Source: a virus. Taken from it: a stretch of 39,635 nt of DNA. This document shows, one piece after another, positions 30,073 through 37,340 of the stretch (its first letter is position 1; each line of letters begins with the position of its first letter). The position numbers and the translations under genes were made by a program. A model generated the notes under the pieces. It was not told the origin of the DNA and made no database searches. It saw nothing but the letters and a program-made list of their open reading frames with translations. The stretch lies in the IMG/VR virus record IMGVR_UViG_2799112921_000001, positions 1 to 39,635 of that record; one strand, 5' to 3'.

Positions 30073-30415
30073 TTAGTGTTTCTGGATTTTCATCACTTTT
30101 GCAGTCTTTGCAGTCTTCACAGTCGCAGTATACTTCTGCTGTTTGTAGGTTGAAATGTTTTATTCCATAGTTGATGTAGTCTTCGATTGTGATTTCGTTT
30201 CGTTTAAAGAATGTGTTCATGTATTTCATATCTATATACGATAGTGCAATTGCTATGATTATTCCTAGTGCTTGCATTATTTCGGTTTCTTGACCTGTTA
30301 AATCTAGACCAAAATATAATAGTAGTATTTTTATTAACCATGGAGTGGTGTATCCTGCGATTAATAAACCTATTGTTTTGAAAATACTTGACCCATTTCC
30401 TATAATATTTGACAT
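30050..30415 (-). CDS. Two-TM membrane protein (holin-like candidate)
   Basis: IGLLIAGYTTPWLIKILLLYF and ALGIIIAIALSYI segments; CDCEDCKDC near the C-terminus; GGTGA SD. Confidence 0.6.
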   Translation of the reverse strand: MSNIIGNGSSIFKTIGLLIAGYTTPWLIKILLLYFGLDLTGQETEIMQALGIIIAIALSYIDMKYMNTFFKRNEITIEDYINYGIKHFNLQTAEVYCDCEDCKDCKSDENPETLNGGDNDI

Positions 30416-30444
30416 TAGTTATCACCTTTCCATATTTTATTAAG

Positions 30445-30561
30445 TGGGGATGGGCGGATTCAAACCCCCCAGCAGAGAGAAAAGACTTAAGAACTCCACA
30501 TCAAAAAATGTAAGAAGCAACAAATCTAAAAAAAAGTGTCTTTTCTTTTAATTACACCCCC
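30445..30561 (-). ncRNA. tRNA-like RNA lacking a D-arm, with a long helix in place of the anticodon arm
   Basis: Acceptor GGGGGTG/CATCCCC+A (7 bp); T-arm GGGGG-TTTGAAT-CCGCC; 9-bp helix AGAAAAGAC/GTCTTTTCT enclosing about 51 nt. Confidence 0.55.
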
Positions 30562-30584
30562 CAAAAAAATCCTACAATTTTAGT

Positions 30585-30609
30585 AGGAAGGAGGGGGAAT
30601 CGAACCCCC
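30585..30609 (-). ncRNA. Isolated perfect tRNA T-arm plus 3' acceptor-like strand
   Basis: GGGGG-TTCGATT-CCCCC-TCCTTCC-T; no matching 5' acceptor strand found nearby. Confidence 0.4.
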
Positions 30610-30674
30610 CAAAAAATGCTCTTAAAGCCTGATGACGAAGATTTAAAAAAAAAATATAATCCACAAAATCAAAA

Positions 30675-30824
30675 TTAAAAATTCAACCAAAGATAATTTC
30701 TACGCAAAACTTTCCCACAATGCTTACAAAAAACCTCATCATGAAATTCATCATACAATGCATCGTGTTTTTTACAACCTTTGCAAAAAATTTCCAACGA
30801 TTTATAATTTTTATATTTTGACAT
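30675..30824 (-). CDS. Stand-alone TFB/TFIIB-type zinc ribbon protein (49 aa from ATG 30824)
   Basis: CKGC-x15-CKHC with LYDEFHDEVFC, matching the TFB N-terminal C-x2-C-x15-C-x2-C pattern. Confidence 0.65.
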   Translation of the reverse strand: MSKYKNYKSLEIFCKGCKKHDALYDEFHDEVFCKHCGKVLRRNYLWLNF

Positions 30825-30843
30825 GTAGAACACATTTTTTTCA

Positions 30844-30864
30844 TCTTCACTATATACTCTCATA
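30844..30864 (-). promoter_or_regulatory. Candidate late promoter, copy 2
   Basis: Exact match to 20462-20482; upstream of the ribbon/tRNA-like/holin/terminase unit. Confidence 0.6.
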
Positions 30865-31016
30865 TAATAGAAAAAAGAACATACAAAAAGTTTAACAAAA
30901 AAAATAGCTTAAAAAGTACAATCGTACCTTAGGGTCTTCTTTTCATATTTAAAGACCAGATTAAAGAAAAAATATTAATGGAGCTTGGAAAATACTCCAA
31001 TAAGACAAATTTTTTT

Positions 31017-31295
31017 TTATAATGTTTTGATGCGTAACCTTCTCATCTCCCGGATGATCAATAAATGCTCCGCATCATCATCACTATTAGTTCTATGAGG
31101 ACCTAGTTTACCTGTACCCATCCCATAGCGTCGGACACTGTTAGCTCCCCATTGGTCTTTATGCTTGTGATAATAAGTATGTGATGCATTACGCCACTGC
31201 TGACGTAACGCTTCTTTTTTACAGTCTTTACAACAGTATACCTGTCTGTTGCTAGACTTAACAAATTCTTTTCCACATGCTTTACACCTAGTCAT
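31017..31295 (-). CDS. Zinc-finger protein
   Basis: CKACGKEF...RQVYCCKDC treble-clef-like motif; basic. Confidence 0.75.
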   Translation of the reverse strand: MTRCKACGKEFVKSSNRQVYCCKDCKKEALRQQWRNASHTYYHKHKDQWGANSVRRYGMGTGKLGPHRTNSDDDAEHLLIIREMRRLRIKTL

Positions 31296-31587
31296 TATTG
31301 CCTGCCTTTACAGTATACTCTTCTAAATGCTCACATACATACTCATAAGTGATACTGGAAAAAACATCAACACTAAATTTAAACCTACTTATAGGCTCAT
31401 AAAACACATTATCTTTAGGATTATAATGCGTATCCTCTAAAAGATAAGTTATATATCTATTTAAAGCAGAAACATATAAAGTTACATATTCTTTTTCTAA
31501 TAGTTTTAATGTTTTTTCTAGTATTTTGTATCGCCACGTTTTCAACACTGTTTGCTTATCATGAAATTCCAAATCTTTAAATAACAT
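31288..31587 (-). CDS. Hypothetical protein
   Basis: 99-aa ORF overlapping both neighbours, GGGGAGG-like SD context in the operon. Confidence 0.7.
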   Translation of the reverse strand: MLFKDLEFHDKQTVLKTWRYKILEKTLKLLEKEYVTLYVSALNRYITYLLEDTHYNPKDNVFYEPISRFKFSVDVFSSITYEYVCEHLEEYTVKAGNND

Positions 31588-31828
31588 ACTGACTCTCCAT
31601 CTTCATTCCACAACGTATTTCATTACAGGCCATGACTTTACCCTGATAATATACTGATAAAGTCATATCCCCTCTTTTTTTAGCAGCATCCCTATCTTCC
31701 TCAGCATCACTTTCAACATCATGAGACAATTGCATAAACATGTTAAGAAGGTCACATGCATCTTTTAAACTTAAATGACCTCCAGTTTCTTTATTTTGAA
31801 TATAATGCTCATTTAATACCTTAAACAT
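31577..31828 (-). CDS. Hypothetical protein
   Basis: 83 aa, GGGAGGG SD. Confidence 0.75.
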   Translation of the reverse strand: MFKVLNEHYIQNKETGGHLSLKDACDLLNMFMQLSHDVESDAEEDRDAAKKRGDMTLSVYYQGKVMACNEIRCGMKMESQYVI

Positions 31829-31852
31829 TGTTTATCCCTCCCCTTCTAATTT

Positions 31853-32059
31853 TTAATACCCATGTTTTTTAGCATACTTAATAACATCCCTAGTTCTAGC
31901 ACAAGAACCCCAAGATTGAGTAGGATTATTAATCAAACCTGCTTCACGCAAAGCTTTATTATAAGAATAACCTTTATCCAAAAAAGGCTTTAATCGGTGA
32001 AAATTCTCACGTGTTTCTTGTTTTCTTTCATTTGTTGATTGTGTAATTACAGTAATCAT
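31853..32059 (-). CDS. Hypothetical small basic protein (possible HTH)
   Basis: 68 aa; FLDKGYSYNKALREAG; ATGA overlap. Confidence 0.7.
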   Translation of the reverse strand: MITVITQSTNERKQETRENFHRLKPFLDKGYSYNKALREAGLINNPTQSWGSCARTRDVIKYAKKHGY

Positions 32060-32214
32060 TGCGCTCTCTCCGTATCAACATGGATTATTGGATAACCATC
32101 AACCATACCTTTATTATTTATTTTTAAGCGAGGTCTTTTAAGATGAAACCATGCTGCATTAATATAGTAAGGGTTAGGGCAAGCCCTTAACTCCTTACGT
32201 ATTTTACACTTCAT
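32056..32214 (-). CDS. Hypothetical protein (52 aa, MKCKIRKELRACPNPYY...)
   Basis: Manual translation; GGAG SD; ATGA overlap with the next gene. Confidence 0.65.
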   Translation of the reverse strand: MKCKIRKELRACPNPYYINAAWFHLKRPRLKINNKGMVDGYPIIHVDTERAQ

Positions 32215-32215
32215 A

Positions 32216-32419
32216 CTATACTCCTACTTTTTTCACAGGACATTGCTCTTCAGGATGAAATCCTTCAAGTTTCACTCGTCCATCCTCAATTTCACAAATT
32301 AATTCATCAAGATTTTGACATCTATCTATTGCACTATTATATTGCTTGTTTTCAATGTCTGATTGTATTCTTTGCACTTCCTTGCAGAGATTACCAATAC
32401 TTAAACATAATTCAGTCAT
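32216..32419 (-). CDS. Hypothetical protein (MTELCLS...)
   Basis: ATG 32419 with GGTGA SD. Confidence 0.7.
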   Translation of the reverse strand: MTELCLSIGNLCKEVQRIQSDIENKQYNSAIDRCQNLDELICEIEDGRVKLEGFHPEEQCPVKKVGV

Positions 32420-32624
32420 CACTATCACCATTAAATTTCTCAAACTCTGAATACTCCACTAATCGTTCTAATGATTCAAATTCATTGATTAATAGTTTAA
32501 AGTCGATTTTAACTGTTTTAAGAATCCAAAGTAGGTTTCTAATGTCTTCTTTTAGTTGTGTTCCATCAATGCAAATAAGATTATCTAAATCATCTTTACT
32601 AATTAATAATTCTTCTTCAGTCAT
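32412..32624 (-). CDS. Hypothetical protein (MTEEELL...)
   Basis: 70 aa, GGTGA SD, ATGA overlap. Confidence 0.7.
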   Translation of the reverse strand: MTEEELLISKDDLDNLICIDGTQLKEDIRNLLWILKTVKIDFKLLINEFESLERLVEYSEFEKFNGDSDD

Positions 32625-32800
32625 TCCCCATCACCATAATCATAAAAGAAAATTATTTTCTTATTAATGCCATCTACAAGGAAATCAAGATTATGCTCTT
32701 CATGGTCTATCTCAACCACAATATCATAATCCTCACATGAGTATTTTAACAATTCTTTAACTTTCCTTGGTTTTTGAACTTCAGTCATTCCCCATCACCA
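32615..32800. repeat. 22-bp exact direct repeat at two gene junctions
   Basis: cttcagtcattccccatcacca at 32615-32636 and 32779-32800. Confidence 0.9.
32621..32788 (-). CDS. Hypothetical protein (55 aa, MTEVQKPRKV...YDYGDGE)
   Basis: Manual translation; GGTGA SD; ATGA overlap. Confidence 0.7.
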   Translation of the reverse strand: MTEVQKPRKVKELLKYSCEDYDIVVEIDHEEHNLDFLVDGINKKIIFFYDYGDGE

Positions 32801-32805
32801 ACTTT

Positions 32806-32994
32806 TTAGAATGGATCCTCTTCAGTATAATGTATAGTTTTTAAATCATACCCTTTTAATGTAAATTCAATCGCTTTTTTATCAGAAAGTACCATTCGCT
32901 CCATTTCTAATGCTCTTAATTTGTTCTGTATCCGTAATTCTTTTAAAATATCTATTAAGACTTTTTCAAGCCTATCAAATTCTGAATTATTCAT
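32806..32994 (-). CDS. Hypothetical protein (MNNSEFDRLEK...)
   Basis: ATG 32994 with SD-like GTGATG; coiled-coil-like. Confidence 0.65.
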   Translation of the reverse strand: MNNSEFDRLEKVLIDILKELRIQNKLRALEMERMVLSDKKAIEFTLKGYDLKTIHYTEEDPF

Positions 32995-33163
32995 CCACAT
33001 CACACCCAATATTACAATCTCCTCCTGGAACTGATGGTGCGAGATTGTGATAATGTAATGTAACCTCACAACCATCTAAAAATTTCTTTAATTCATAGGA
33101 ATCATCAATGTTATCCCATTTAAGTATTGCAAAACCTGCTTCAATTTCAATAAACTTAATCAT
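32987..33163 (-). CDS. Hypothetical protein (58 aa, MIKFIEIEAGF...)
   Basis: Manual translation; GGTGA SD; overlaps both neighbours. Confidence 0.65.
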   Translation of the reverse strand: MIKFIEIEAGFAILKWDNIDDSYELKKFLDGCEVTLHYHNLAPSVPGGDCNIGCDVDE

Positions 33164-33339
33164 TCCACATCACCTACATCTTTTTCATCGAAAGTTGCTT
33201 GAATTTTGAATATTATATTTTCAATCAATGTATATTCTGCAAAACTTATCTGCTCATTTTTGAAGAGTGTAGCATATTGTAACAATATAGGATTTGTTTT
33301 TTGATACATCTCTTCAATCGTAAATCGTTTTTCAGTCAT
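33160..33339 (-). CDS. Hypothetical protein (59 aa, MTEKRFTIEEM...)
   Basis: Manual translation; GGAGG SD; ATGA overlaps at both ends. Confidence 0.65.
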   Translation of the reverse strand: MTEKRFTIEEMYQKTNPILLQYATLFKNEQISFAEYTLIENIIFKIQATFDEKDVGDVE

Positions 33340-33692
33340 TCAAGACCTCCCTTTAAAAACGCGTACCTATCCACATGTTGAAACACATAGGTCCAAGTAA
33401 CCCAGGGTTTGCACCTGCTTGTTGTTTGTAATGCTTTTTCTTCCTTGATTTCAGTTAATTCAACATTAAATGTATCTTTGAAATCAGCGAGAATGTCCTG
33501 TATTTCATCTGGAATACGGTCATGAACATTAAGATAAAGTATCGTTTTTGTTTTCCAATCTACACATGTGCAAATATCAACTCCTTTTTCCTCCCATTTC
33601 TCGTCAAATTCATCAACTGCGTCAGATAAATCGCCATAACATTGAATTAGATTTCTTTTTGCTTTTATTGTATCCATTAGTAAATCTGTCAT
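33336..33692 (-). CDS. Hypothetical protein
   Basis: 118-aa ORF from the track, typical composition. Confidence 0.75.
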   Translation of the reverse strand: MTDLLMDTIKAKRNLIQCYGDLSDAVDEFDEKWEEKGVDICTCVDWKTKTILYLNVHDRIPDEIQDILADFKDTFNVELTEIKEEKALQTTSRCKPWVTWTYVFQHVDRYAFLKGGLE

Positions 33693-33756
33693 TTTTTAAT
33701 CAACTCTTCAATAAATATTAACATTGTTATATTTTATCATTTATTTTTAAAGGAAT

Positions 33757-33925
33757 TATAATAATATAATATAATAATATAATAATAATCGCCTCTTTAG
33801 ATGTAATACAAAAATGTATTACAAATAAACGAAGAACAATAAGAAAAATGTAATACAGTAATGCAATACAGTATTACAACATCCCCCAAGTGCCTCGCAG
33901 AAATGTATTACAAATCTGTATTACA
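33757..33925. repeat. Candidate replication origin: TGTA(A/T)TACA repeats plus an AT-only tract
   Basis: TGTAWTACA at 33802, 33815, 33849, 33904 and 33917, variants at 33862 and 33871; (taa/ata)n tract at about 33757-33789; largely non-coding. Confidence 0.6.
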
Positions 33926-34384
33926 TAATTTTTTCAAATAATCTTTCACCAACCTCAAATATTTAGATCCATCATAACCACACTCACGAGCATGACCAAA
34001 CACTGCCTTCTGAGCATAATCAGAATCAATAACCATCAAACTATCACTACCTCGAGAATTAAATAACTCCCGAGCATAATCCTTAGCAGACTCATTAATC
34101 AAACTATCCAAAGTCTCTTTATCCAACCTCCTAGGATTAATAATCCTGATACGATTATTAATAGCTAACAAATGAGCTTTCTTATCATGAATTTCTTTTT
34201 CTAAATTACCAATATCTAATTCTAATTCTCCTTTTTGATACTCTAAAAGATTGATTTCCTTATACAATTTATCACACCCAATCTCAAAGATTTCAGCATA
34301 ACTATAAGGAATCTTCTTTGCTTTACGTTTAACACTAGGATGAACACGCATAGTCAAAACTTCATCTTTAGTAAATTGACCCAT
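33908..34384 (-). CDS. Putative DNA-binding protein (RHH-like N-terminus plus coiled coil)
   Basis: VLTMRVHPSVKRKAKKIPYSYAEIFEIG resembles a ribbon-helix-helix; heptad LEYQKGELELDIGNLEKEI follows. Confidence 0.55.
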   Translation of the reverse strand: MGQFTKDEVLTMRVHPSVKRKAKKIPYSYAEIFEIGCDKLYKEINLLEYQKGELELDIGNLEKEIHDKKAHLLAINNRIRIINPRRLDKETLDSLINESAKDYARELFNSRGSDSLMVIDSDYAQKAVFGHARECGYDGSKYLRLVKDYLKKLCNTDL

Positions 34385-34386
34385 GT

Positions 34387-35007
34387 TTATTCCCCCCTTA
34401 GCTTATCTTTAACCATATTCAACTCAGTAAAATCCCCTTTACCCAGATTACACTGCGCACATAACGTTTGCAAATTATCTAAATCATTAGTTCCACCTTT
34501 ACTAACAGGCATAATATGATCAACATGCAATTTCACACCATCCTCAATGGTAGCACCACATAATTGACAAGTAGAATTATCTCTATCTAAAACCTGTACT
34601 CTGAGTCTTTTTGAAATTGGTATTCTTTGTGGCATATCATTTTTAGATTTAACTATATCTGTCCAGATTATACCTAGAGAACAATTAACGTTTGGAATAT
34701 CGATAGCCGGCATAATACCAAACCACCATGTTTTATAAGCCATAAGCTCTTTCTTTAAGGTTAAATTCACCCCATTATCGTAACTCCAGTCACCGTAAGG
34801 AGAAAACTGTAATATGGCTTCTTTAACCACATAACCATCAAAAGTACCTTCCATTTCAATAAGAGAATATACCTCCTTAACTAATCTTGAGTTTTTAATA
34901 GATTTATTAAGGTCAAGCACATATCTTCGGCTGTCTGGTTTGTCAGTTGTACCAATTATCTCTTGAAGTCCTTCAAATTGAAATCTTTCGTTTAAGTAAT
35001 CGCTCAT
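34387..35007 (-). CDS. HNH endonuclease (C-terminal HNH, unknown N-terminal domain)
   Basis: RDNSTCQLCG...LHVDHIMPVSKGGTNDLDNLQTLCAQCNLGK. Confidence 0.9.
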   Translation of the reverse strand: MSDYLNERFQFEGLQEIIGTTDKPDSRRYVLDLNKSIKNSRLVKEVYSLIEMEGTFDGYVVKEAILQFSPYGDWSYDNGVNLTLKKELMAYKTWWFGIMPAIDIPNVNCSLGIIWTDIVKSKNDMPQRIPISKRLRVQVLDRDNSTCQLCGATIEDGVKLHVDHIMPVSKGGTNDLDNLQTLCAQCNLGKGDFTELNMVKDKLRGE

Positions 35008-35257
35008 ACCTTAACCTCCCAAAAGATATGCTTTAACTCAATCATGATAGCAAATCTATCATCATCAATAAGTCCATCCATCCAAAAATCAACCTTAACA
35101 TCAATATCGTATAAGCAGCATCCTCTTCAACATAATCAACATTATTTTTAAGTTCATCGGGAAGATGATCAATAATCCGTTTCACCAGCGCATCATATGC
35201 TCCTTGAAATAGCTGAAGATGATTATAAGCATGACTTATCCTTCTTTCTATTATCAT
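35004..35257 (-). pseudogene. Small hypothetical gene apparently split by a 1-nt frameshift
   Basis: The 0 frame stops at 35042; the -1 frame (YDIDVKVDFWMDG...WEVKV*) is open from 35126 and ends in an ATGA overlap with the HNH start. Confidence 0.55.
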
Positions 35258-35481
35258 GCTGTCACCTCTTCACAGAATAAAATAGTATCCGTAATATTTT
35301 CAGATGCAGCACATACCTTCATATGCTTGCAGAACCTATGCCTATAGAAATGGTCAGCACAGGTACACATCCACCCGTCCCAATCATGAGCTACAATATG
35401 AGTTTCACCGTTGGATCCAGTGACTTCCCATAAGTCACCATCCACACCAGTGACATGTGAAATAATAGTTGGAGTGCTCAT
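35254..35481 (-). CDS. SWIM zinc-finger protein
   Basis: WMCTCADHFYRHRFCKHM (CxC...CxH). Confidence 0.85.
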   Translation of the reverse strand: MSTPTIISHVTGVDGDLWEVTGSNGETHIVAHDWDGWMCTCADHFYRHRFCKHMKVCAASENITDTILFCEEVTA

Positions 35482-35482
35482 C

Positions 35483-36151
35483 TTATGAGCCTCCTTTATC
35501 TCTTTTTTTGAAATAATCTATTATTTCTCTGCGTTCACTAACACTAAAATTCCTGCTTTTAAGAACTTGTCTTTTAATCGCTTTAAAATCTATATCTTTA
35601 TCAGATACTCCTTTTTTCTTTAATGTTTTTTCCGCTTCAACAACTAACATAGGAACATTAATATTACTACTTACTTTTTCAGCTTTCTGTTCTGGTCTAT
35701 CCGATGTTGTTTCATTGTTATCTGAGCTAGCCGTATTCGTATCAAATAAACCAGAATCAACCATATCCTTATCAGATAAGGCTGGAAATGCTAATTTTAA
35801 AAGATACCTTTGCAAGTAAGTGATATCAGCACCGACTGCTTGAATAATCTGATTATTCGGATTCTTTTCAGGAGCAATTACCTCCGGGATTTCAATCCTG
35901 TATGGAAGATATTGTTTTTCATCCTCCAAATCAACTATTTTCAAAATAGCAACACCTTCAACAAATGGAAAATCAACATCCAATCCTCTTTTATAACATT
36001 CACTAAGAACAGGTGGTAAAATATCAATTAACTCATAATATCTGAATTTTTTATGTTTGTTAAAACCAGTTTTTTTTATTTTCATTCCCATAAGCGCCTT
36101 GTTTACTTCAACTTTTCTTTGGCGAACACTACTCACAGGCATCACCCCCAT
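35483..36151 (-). CDS. ERF-family single-strand annealing protein
   Basis: IKKTGFNKHKKFRYYELIDIL and QAVGADITYLQRYLL...F motifs; true start may be 36142 or 36136. Confidence 0.75.
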   Translation of the reverse strand: MGVMPVSSVRQRKVEVNKALMGMKIKKTGFNKHKKFRYYELIDILPPVLSECYKRGLDVDFPFVEGVAILKIVDLEDEKQYLPYRIEIPEVIAPEKNPNNQIIQAVGADITYLQRYLLKLAFPALSDKDMVDSGLFDTNTASSDNNETTSDRPEQKAEKVSSNINVPMLVVEAEKTLKKKGVSDKDIDFKAIKRQVLKSRNFSVSERREIIDYFKKRDKGGS

Positions 36152-36272
36152 TTGGGCATCGACCGTAATAATACTGACAGTTTTCTACATATTTGCATGA
36201 TCCACAGGCACTATGTTCAATGTCGAAATCTAGGCTGTGGTTTGCTATGTATTCATCACGATACCAACTCAT
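36129..36272 (-). CDS. Small Cys-rich protein (47 aa)
   Basis: Manual translation MSWYRDEY...ACGSCKYVENCQYYYGRCPNGGDACE; GGTGG SD; ATGA overlap. Confidence 0.65.
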   Translation of the reverse strand: MSWYRDEYIANHSLDFDIEHSACGSCKYVENCQYYYGRCPNGGDACE

Positions 36273-36553
36273 AATAAACCACCACCATAAAATAAGATAA
36301 TCTGGTTCAGGTGCTCATACTGGTTTGCTTCAGTACTGAACATATGTATATGTCCAGTTGCTGCTGCATAGCCCATCATAAAAATTAAAATTCCACAGCA
36401 AACTGCAATAATCACTATTCCTATTGCAGTTTTATTACATACCCATAGGTCTTCAAGTTCATCAAAAATCGTCCATACCCTATGTGTAGGTTCAACTGGA
36501 GTCAATGGATATTTAGCTTGATTAACTTTTCTTTTAAAAAAAGAAGGAATCAT
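36269..36553 (-). CDS. Single-TM membrane protein
   Basis: AIGIVIIAVCCGILIFMMGYAAA hydrophobic segment; GGAGG SD. Confidence 0.7.
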   Translation of the reverse strand: MIPSFFKRKVNQAKYPLTPVEPTHRVWTIFDELEDLWVCNKTAIGIVIIAVCCGILIFMMGYAAATGHIHMFSTEANQYEHLNQIILFYGGGLL

Positions 36554-36898
36554 AATCCCCCCTCCTTCATACGATGGAACTTTTTAACCGCCTTCACTAT
36601 ATCAGATGCCTTGTAATCATAGACAAAAATAATAGCCGCTTGCATACTGCCTTCAGCTTCCACTTCAACAGATATTCTTTGACGGAATAACTGTTCAACA
36701 ATCACCCCAACATCCATTCTTGGGACGACCCAAGCATCATGTTCTTTGCGGTCACAACCTAAACGGGTAGTAGTGACAATCACATGATACCCTTTTTTGA
36801 ATAATATGCGTTCAATTTCTTTTGTTTCATCAACAGTCCAAAAAGGATGAGATGGAAGAGTTAATTTTTCTTCTCTAGTCATATACGGTCTACTCATA
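36550..36898 (-). CDS. Hypothetical protein (likely start MSRPY)
   Basis: Track ORF 36550..36945; the ATG at 36898 has a GGTGGTGA SD. Confidence 0.7.
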
Positions 36899-37340
36899 AA
36901 GGCATCACCACCTCTTCCAAGAAGTTCGGTGCATCCATAATGCAACCTATGATTTTATGAGAACTCATAGATTGATTACAATAATCTTTTACCTTAGAAT
37001 AAACTTTATCCTGCTCTTCATCAGACAATACATCCATGAAACTATAAAACTTAAAAGCAGCATAATACTGTTCTAAAGTACCATTTTCAGCTGCTTTTTT
37101 CTTCTGAATGGTCCAAAACACGTCAAAGGCTTTCTCATGCAACTCTTCTAAGAGTTGTATGTCGTGTAAGCTGCATTTTTCGATAGGTAAAACCCCATAG
37201 TTACGTGGTAGAATATCATAGTATCCTGACCTATCCATGTCAGCTGCCATTTTTTGCTGTAGGGTCTCTTTTTTGTGAGTAACACCATTGTAGATTGATT
37301 CTAGTTGTGGTATTCTCAACTTTTCAAAGGAAGTGTTCAT
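36894..37340 (-). CDS. Hypothetical protein
   Basis: 148 aa, GGAGGTG SD. Confidence 0.75.
   Translation of the reverse strand: MNTSFEKLRIPQLESIYNGVTHKKETLQQKMAADMDRSGYYDILPRNYGVLPIEKCSLHDIQLLEELHEKAFDVFWTIQKKKAAENGTLEQYYAAFKFYSFMDVLSDEEQDKVYSKVKDYCNQSMSSHKIIGCIMDAPNFLEEVVMPL

Noticed and set aside
30586-30592. Trans-pairing of TCCTTCC with the 5' GGAGGGT of the 20740-20833 element (split tRNA)
   Set aside because: Only 6/7 pairs, the 20.8-kb element has its own 3' half, and no complementary leader/trailer helices were seen.
30629-30640. CTGATGA...GAAG as a hammerhead ribozyme core or C/D box
   Set aside because: No stem II, GAAG instead of GAAA, and no flanking stems or partner box.
30975-31016. 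TGGAG/CTCCA hairpin and T-run after the last early gene as a novel element
   Set aside because: Adequately explained as an ordinary oligo-U terminator region.
32410-33925. CRISPR mini-array
   Set aside because: The repeats are SD/start junctions or 9-bp boxes with irregular spacing, not constant repeat-spacer units.
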